In this document: positions 57,003-64,000 of the stretch, piece after piece | Layout: each line of letters starts with the position of its first letter | How positions within the stretch are numbered: the stretch's first letter is position 1 | From: Octopus vulgaris | Lineage: Eukaryota | Assembly: GCA_951406725.2 (NCBI GenBank) | Contig: OX597820.1 | Coordinates: forward strand, 46,376,001-46,440,000 | Length of the DNA stretch: 64,000 nucleotides | Direction: 5' to 3' | Translations under genes and position numbers: made by a program | Notes under the pieces: generated by a model | Databases searched by the model: none | Told to the model about the DNA's origin: nothing | Seen by the model: the letters and a program-made list of their open reading frames with translations, nothing else

Positions 57003-57241
57003 TATTAATAGTTATCGCCAAGCTAACATGGCAGTCTAGATAAATAGAACGAATGCTGCCGTTGATTAGCTCCAAGAGACCATAGCCTCTAGCTAGCTAT
57101 GTGACACACAAAGGTTATAATGGACACAGGTTTGTATGTCACATAGCTAGCTAGAGGCTATGGCCCCTTGGAGCTAATCAACGGCAGCATTCGTCCTATT
57201 TTTCTGGACTACCGTGTTAGCTTGGCGATAATTATTTATAT
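57003..57241. mobile_element. Palindromic non-autonomous DNA element with ~110-bp arms
   Basis: gttatcgccaagctaac...gctatgtgacacacaaa / tttgtatgtcacatagc...gttagcttggcgataatt. Confidence 0.9.
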
Positions 57242-57553
57242 AAAAATAGAAGAGCAAGACAAAAATTGTTGCGGTATTAATTGCAGCTAAATAAATAGTT
57301 GTTATACTAGGATCTCCGGCATTGTAAATTCAAAGAGAGAAAACATGAAGTGTGCCTCTCATCTGGCATTTAATTTTATATCATTAATAAAATATTTTGT
57401 GGATACGGTACATTGGTTGAAATTAAAAAAACTAATTCAAGGAATTTCAGTAAGTCTCTTATTGCAGAAAGAAGATACATTTTATGTACATTTCTCACTA
57501 GAGACTAGCTATCAGCGACAAAAAATGCTATCGATATCCTGCTTGATGTATAA

Positions 57554-57935
57554 GGCGGCGTGCTGGCAAAATAGTAAACACGCCGTGCAAAATGCTTAAC
57601 GGAATTTCGTCCGTCTTCACGTCCTGAGTTCAAATTCCGCTGAGGTCGACTTTGCCTTTCATCCTTTCTGGATCGATAAAATAAGCACCAGTTGAGCACT
57701 GGAGTCGATGTAATCCATTAACCCAATCACCAACAGTTTCGGGCCTTGTGTCTGGAGTGGAAAGGAATATTATGCTTGCTGTATAAGGCGACGAGCTGTC
57801 AGAATCGTTAGTATGCCGAGCACAATGCTCAGCAGCATTTTGTTCGTCTTTGCGTTCAAAGTTCAAATTCCGCCGAGGTCGCTTTTGCCTTTCACCCTTT
57901 TGGGATTGATGAGATAAGTACCTGCTGAGCACTGT
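57554..57935 (+). mobile_element. Two SINE family 2 copies
   Basis: 57554-57770 and 57787-57935 match the consensus. Confidence 0.85.
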
Positions 57936-58221
57936 AGTGACACCCTGTAATTTTAACATCTCGCACAGTACATCTGAAGCACAAAGACCACCCAAAAATA
58001 AAACTCAGCTCACACTGCATATCTTGTACACAACACACTAATCATTAAATAACATTAAAAAAAAAACGAAATAAATCCCAGGACTAAGGAAAGTAGATGT
58101 AGTTTACAAACACAATTCTAAAATCATTAAAAGCTATACTGCATACCTCAGGAACACAGACTCTACCTAACAGCGCAGTAGAAAACTTATGTGAAACTGT
58201 TTGAAAATATGATAATTAATG

Positions 58222-58268
<47 letters not shown>

Positions 58269-58297
58269 TAATAATAATAATAATAATAATAATTAAT

Positions 58298-58386
<89 letters not shown>

Positions 58387-58835
58387 CAACAAATAATATT
58401 GGAACTACACGTAAAATCGCGTAAAGTACATGAAAATACAATAGATAACATAATACACCAACCATGTTACACCAGGCATCGCAGTGTTGTGTTTAGTTGT
58501 GCAATGAAATCACGAAAGAGGAGCACCAAAAGAAGACGTCACAAACGACAACACCATTCAAGGCTTTCCCTATAACAATGATATGACGACGGCGACGACG
58601 ATGAAGATGACGACAACGACGACAATAATAATAATAATGATCCTATATGTTATAGACACAAGGCCGGAAATTCTGGGGAAAGAGCTAGCCGACCCCAGTG
58701 CTCAGCTGGTACTTTTTTTTTATCGTCCCAGAAAGGAGGAAAAACAAAGTCAACGTCGGTGGAATTTGAACTGAGAACGTAGAGACGGACGAAAAAACTA
58801 CTAAGCAATTTGTTCGGTGTGCTAACGTTTCTACC

Positions 58836-58900
<65 letters not shown>

Positions 58901-58903
<3 letters not shown>

Positions 58904-59206
58904 AAAGACCTGGAAATAGAGGTAACCAGAATGTGGAATCTAAAAACAGAAACAATTCCTATCATAGTAGGTGCATTAGGCATGATAAAAAAATATTCAG
59001 ACAAATACATAACAAAAACACCAGGACTTACAAACACATATAACATGCAGAAAATTGCACTACTAGGCACTGCACACATCCTACGCAGAACACTTTCCAT
59101 ACAATAACCATCAGAGCATCACAACAAATCACAGCACATACCCAAGGCACACAGAGCTGCGCTCGGTAGTGAAGTGAAAGCACGCTATAAAAAATAAAAC
59201 TACTGA
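58901..59206 (+). mobile_element. 5'-truncated Dong/R4 non-LTR retrotransposon in (TAA)n
   Basis: Uninterrupted YKDLEIEVTRMWNLKTETIPIIVGALGMIKK...MQKIALLGTAHILRRTLSIQ* (58901-59107), then 3' UTR, with (TAA)n on both sides. Confidence 0.9.
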
Positions 59207-59269
59207 ATAACAATAATAATAATAATAATAATAATAGTCACTTTGATGGCATGCACTGCTCTCTCACTC

Positions 59270-59325
<56 letters not shown>

Positions 59326-59394
59326 TGATGATGATAACAGAAAGTTTTACACTGGGAGCTTTGTCAGAAATGGAGATTTGAAGTAGGAAGTACG

Positions 59395-59920
59395 AGGTAT
59401 GATCATTGGGTCGAAAGAGTGCTGGAGTCGGAAAAATGCAAAATTCTATGGGATTTTCCAGTTCAAACGGATAAGAAGCGAGAAAATAACAGGCCATACA
59501 TAACAATAATGGACAAGGAAAAGCGAAGTTGCTTACTAACTGATCCATCATGTCTGTTTGGTTTCAGGATTGTTAAGAAAGCAGATGAAAAACGAAAAAA
59601 GAAAACAATATTAAAATCCCTTAAAATGTGAAATTGCAAGAATTCGGAGTATGAAAACTGCAAAAGTTGTGCCTGTAATAATTGATGCACTGGGAACTGT
59701 AAGTAATGATGTAGACAAATGGTTAAAGGAGATGGGAATAGAATGTCTTGTAGAACTTCTACTGAAAGTTTGCTTCTTAGGAACAGGAAAGATTATCAGG
59801 AGTGTTTTAAGCACTAGAATGACTATTGAAAGCTTGTGGATACCTATGGTTACAGGTAGCAACTCTCTACCCACATAAATTCTACCAGGAATAAGAACGA
59901 ACCTGAATAAGATCACAAAT
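59395..59920 (+). mobile_element. Second, older Dong/R4 family fragment next to (TAA)n
   Basis: KCKILWDFPVQTDKKRENNRP, LLTDPSC, VVPVIIDALGTV...CFLGTGKIIRSVL. Confidence 0.88.
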
Positions 59921-59961
59921 AATAATAATAATACTAATAATAATTTACTCGTTGTAATATT

Positions 59962-60143
59962 AATTTGGAATTTTGGCACACGGTCAGCAATTTCGATGAG
60001 GGGTAATTCGATGGTATCTACTCCAGTTCTCCACTGTTACTTATACTGTAGACCTCGGCGGAATTTGAACTCAGAACTTAAAGACGGACTAAATGCCGCG
60101 AAGTATTTCGCCCGGTATGCTAATGATTCTGCAAGCTCGCCGT
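59962..60143 (-). mobile_element. SINE family 2 with 17-bp TSD
   Basis: tttactcgttgtaatat at about 59944 and 60145. Confidence 0.85.
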
Positions 60144-60829
60144 CTTTACTCGTTGTAATATCAATAACCATTTATCACTTAAGCATCAAGCATTATCACT
60201 CACCCCTTTCTTTACCATTTCCTTCTCCCACTCCTCCTCCTCCTCCTCATCATCATCATCATCATCGTCATAATCCTTTGTATCAGGAGCAGTACAACTA
60301 ACAGAACTATCACCATCATCTTGAACACGTGCACACGGACGCGCAGGAACAAAATGAACAACAGTAAGTCAATGATAGAGGTTTTTTCATAGGAGTGCGA
60401 CCTATGAAAAAAAATAGCAGCCAAAGTTCCTACGGACGAGTGATTCGGCTTCTTTAAATATATACTTAAATAAAGAACACTTTAGCTAATATATTTGTCC
60501 ATAATCATAATATGACTGGATAGTCACGAATTTGTGTGGTTGTGTATGTTTTGAGAATGTATTTCATTATAGGTCTGTTAACTCAGAGTTGACCTGCAGA
60601 TGGACAAGGAAAAAAAAAACAAAAACAAATTTCATTCAAATCATACCCTACAGTCTTAAGAAAGATAATGCAATCCTACATACTTCTAAAAAGACAGGAT
60701 GGCCATGGCTGGAATGTCTTTCATCATAGGTCTGCTTAACCAAAGTTGACCTAGTTCTAACCCTTTGCCTGTCCTGTGTATCAGATCTAATACATATATT
60801 CCCCGTGATGTCCATGCACCATATATAAT

Positions 60830-61500
60830 ACAGTTAATGCGCCGTCTGGCATGTTTCAGCTCAACACTGTCTGGCATATCTCCGCTCAGCGTCCGATCCC
60901 CACAGCGGAGCCTGATTCAATGCGGTGCAGTTACTCTCAACTGGTACTCAGCTTCGTAACGATTGTCTGTGCGTCGATGTTTCCCTGAAGCTTGGCTTCT
61001 GTGAGCCTCACGAATACCACTGCGGATCCATTGTGGATTCTTTCGGCCTCCACCCATTGTCATGCCCCAATAGTGCCGCCCTTAACAAAATCATAAAGCT
61101 CGGCCTAGACGCCGCAGGAGTCCATTCCCAGCTCGAGCTAGCAAGGCTAGAGCAAGGGGACGGTAAAAGACCTGACGCTATGACATTCTTCCCCTTCTAT
61201 GGCAGTAGTACCCTCATTTGGGATATCACATGCTGTGACACTTTCTCCAACGGTAACTTAGTTTAGCTATCAGCCCAGGCTCCGCTACTAGTCAGACTGA
61301 GAAAAGCATCGGTTTATGGTCGAGCCTGTTACAGTGGAGACCTTTGACGTTCTTAGATCCCGGATCATATTCCTGCTCACCGCAATCGCGGCGAAGATGG
61401 CTATCTGTAAGTGCGAGCACCGTGAGTCAGAGCGGCTGTTCTAGCACATCTCCGGGGCTGCACCTTTTCCATTTTGTTTCTTGGGACCATGAGGCAGTCT
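60830..61500 (+). mobile_element. CRE-clade non-LTR retrotransposon fragment (Zn-knuckle plus RLE)
   Basis: CEPHEYHCGSIVDSFGLHPLSC, ALNKIIK, GDGKRPDAMT..LIWDITCCDTF, and downstream PVTVET. Confidence 0.85.
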
Positions 61501-61661
61501 CGATTACAGGAAATCGAGAAAGAATATAAGAACTTCGTCTCTTACTACGAGAAAAATAAACTCCGCATCTTGAAGAAAGAAATGTGCTGCGCACAATAAT
61601 TGTTGCTTATACGTTTCCATTCCATTTTAAAAGTGCATTACTATTGCTACTGCTGCTGCTG

Positions 61662-61733
<72 letters not shown>

Positions 61734-62975
61734 TACTACTACTATACTACTACTACTACTACTATATCATACACATTCCCAATTTTTTTCAACCAATATA
61801 CTAACTTGGGAGTTATGAAAGAAAAGCTTTATATTATTCAGAGCGTGTGAAACAAGGGTTAACTAAAAGAAAAGTCCGAAAATAAGCATAGACGTTTAGG
61901 AAAAACGTATGAAAATGATTTGGACCAGCAAAAGGTTAAACAACAACAACAACAACAGAAAACTATTACTGTCGTTAACGTTGGAGGTCGAACATCAATA
62001 GCAAACCAACCAGTGAAATATTACGTCAACACAAGCCAAATTAACTTCTCTTGCTGTTAAGATTTAATTATTCAAAATGGCTGACCAATTCATTCAGTTG
62101 ATTGACTGACACGTGTACATTGAAACAAGAGACATTCTTTCCATACCAATAATTACAAGCTTCTCAACTAATCGACTTCATCCACCATCACTATTGCCTT
62201 CTCATCGTCGCTGTCGTCATCCTCGCCGTCATTATAATCATCGTTCTCATCGTCATCGTTATCATCATCAGCAGCAGCAGCAGCTGCATCATCATCATCA
62301 CCATCGTAATCGTCATCGTCTCCCTACTTCGCCTCCTGCACCCCATCATCATCATCGTTGTCGTCGTCGTCATCATCCGTTAAGATCTTCTTTGTCTTCC
62401 ATCTCCATAGGATCGATAATATATTAGTGAAAGGCTGGAGTCGATATAATCGCCTGTTCCTTCCTCCACTCAACAAACATTTCTAGTTTTGTGAATTGGT
62501 TGGATCATCAAAATATCGGACAAAAAAATTCTTTACAGTACCTAATTACGATCCATTACTTTTTGAGTTCATATTCCACAGAAGTTAACTTTGCTTTTAT
62601 CCTGCCGGATTCGATAACGTAAAATACCAATCAAACACTGGAGTAGATTTAATCGAATAGTTGAAGAGAAAGGAGCTTTGCTTCAGAGGATAATCGAAAC
62701 TTGATCGCGCTCCATGCTTACCAGAAACTCGCTTCTTATATGATAGACGTTATTCACACAGCAAAGAAGAAAGCAACCACCACACAATAAGTATTGCGTT
62801 TTAAAGCATGGATTGGGTAATGTTAAAGTGTGGCGCTCATGCCTCTCCCAAAGCACTTTAAGGATGTAAGAGGTGGGAGTTTCCTTCAAACGAAAATCGA
62901 AAGAACGGATGTTAGAGCTTTCTGCTCGCTAAAAATGGTACTATTTGTTTTAAGACTATGTTGCACTATAATATT

Positions 62976-63188
62976 GATTTCAAATCTTGGCACGAAGCCA
63001 GCAATTTCGAAGGAGGTGTACGTCGACTAAATTAACCCCAGTATTCTGCCGGTACTTATTTTATCGACCCCGAAAGGATGAAAGGCAAAGTGTACCTCGG
63101 CGGAATCTGAACTCGGAACACAAAGACGGACGAAATCCCGCTAAGCATTTCACCCAGCGAGCTAAAGATTCTACTTGATCGTCGCCTT
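62976..63188 (-). mobile_element. SINE family 2 with TSD
   Basis: atg(t/c)tgcactataat flanks both sides. Confidence 0.85.
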
Positions 63189-64000
63189 AGATGCTGCACT
63201 ATAATGTTACAGACCAAACGGTTTGATCCCTAGAGCCCGTTTAGTTCTACATTTGCTTAAAACAGCGCTAAAAACGTTCGGGAACATTATATAGTGTGTG
63301 GGTTAGATCTAGGGTTCTGCTATTTGCTTCAAGGCAATGTTACATACCAGACGGTTTGATCGCCATAAACGTACTGTTTGCAATAAAATCAAGCCTATTA
63401 AAACTCTCGTGAATATTACATACCAAACGGGTTGCAATCCTAGTTGTTGATTCTTAACATTTAGTGCTGAACAAAGCTACTTGACTCCACTTGTATACTT
63501 TAGCAGCCTGACGGATCCTGAATTTATGATTAATAACAAAGACGAGAGCGAGAAATAATTGGGTGTGGGCTAAGAAGAGCATTTTCTTATGTGTGTGTTT
63601 ATGTATGTATATATAATAGTGTGTATAAATATATATATATATATATATATTTGTTTTTGTTTAAAACATCCAAACATTCCGACATTTCCATTATAGATAT
63701 AAGGTTCCTGCCACGGAATTTTTAAGAAATCCTCTTCGTTTCTTTCTGTCTTTGACTCTCTAGACATTTCTCACTCTTTTACACACAACTACTACTAAAT
63801 GTGTCGAGTTCCCCTTTTTTCCTGTGAGTGTGTGCGTTTAGTGTGTGCGTGTATGCGTGCTTGTAACTATGTGCATGTGTATGTTTGTGTATGTGTGCCA
63901 ATCAATAGGTTCATTGGCACATATACACATCAATAAATAACTGACAAAAAAATCGGTGTTACGTAGCCACATTCGTTGGCTTACAGCTGTTTCCATTATG

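Noticed and set aside
62113-62427. His/Arg-rich ORF
   Set aside because: Cryptic (CAT/CGT)n repeat with no domain or splice support.
63203-63435. CRISPR-like repeat-spacer interpretation
   Set aside because: Eukaryotic context, only three imperfect repeats, irregular long spacers, no cas genes.

Overview
Eukaryotic, AT-rich, microsatellite-saturated non-coding DNA. The SINE families and repeat style point to an octopus (coleoid cephalopod) genome; this is an inference. I find no intact host gene, and nearly all ORFs in the track are microsatellite translations. Contents: (1) many copies of three tRNA-derived SINE groups; (2) decayed mariner transposons and several MITE/foldback elements; (3) fragments of non-LTR retrotransposons of the CR1/L2-like, HERO-like, Dong/R4, CRE and probably RTE types; (4) Penelope-like (Naiad-type GIY-YIG) remnants; (5) a ~9 kb near-identical duplication across a 100-N gap, most likely two uncollapsed haplotypes that carry a structural difference. 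The most interesting signal is a set of minimal hammerhead-ribozyme motifs: two with intact CUGAUGA/GAAA cores and several degenerate ones. They lie in Penelope-derived tails embedded in (TA)n tracts, often as foldback structures. All family assignments come from visual motif recognition, not database searches, and boundaries are approximate.
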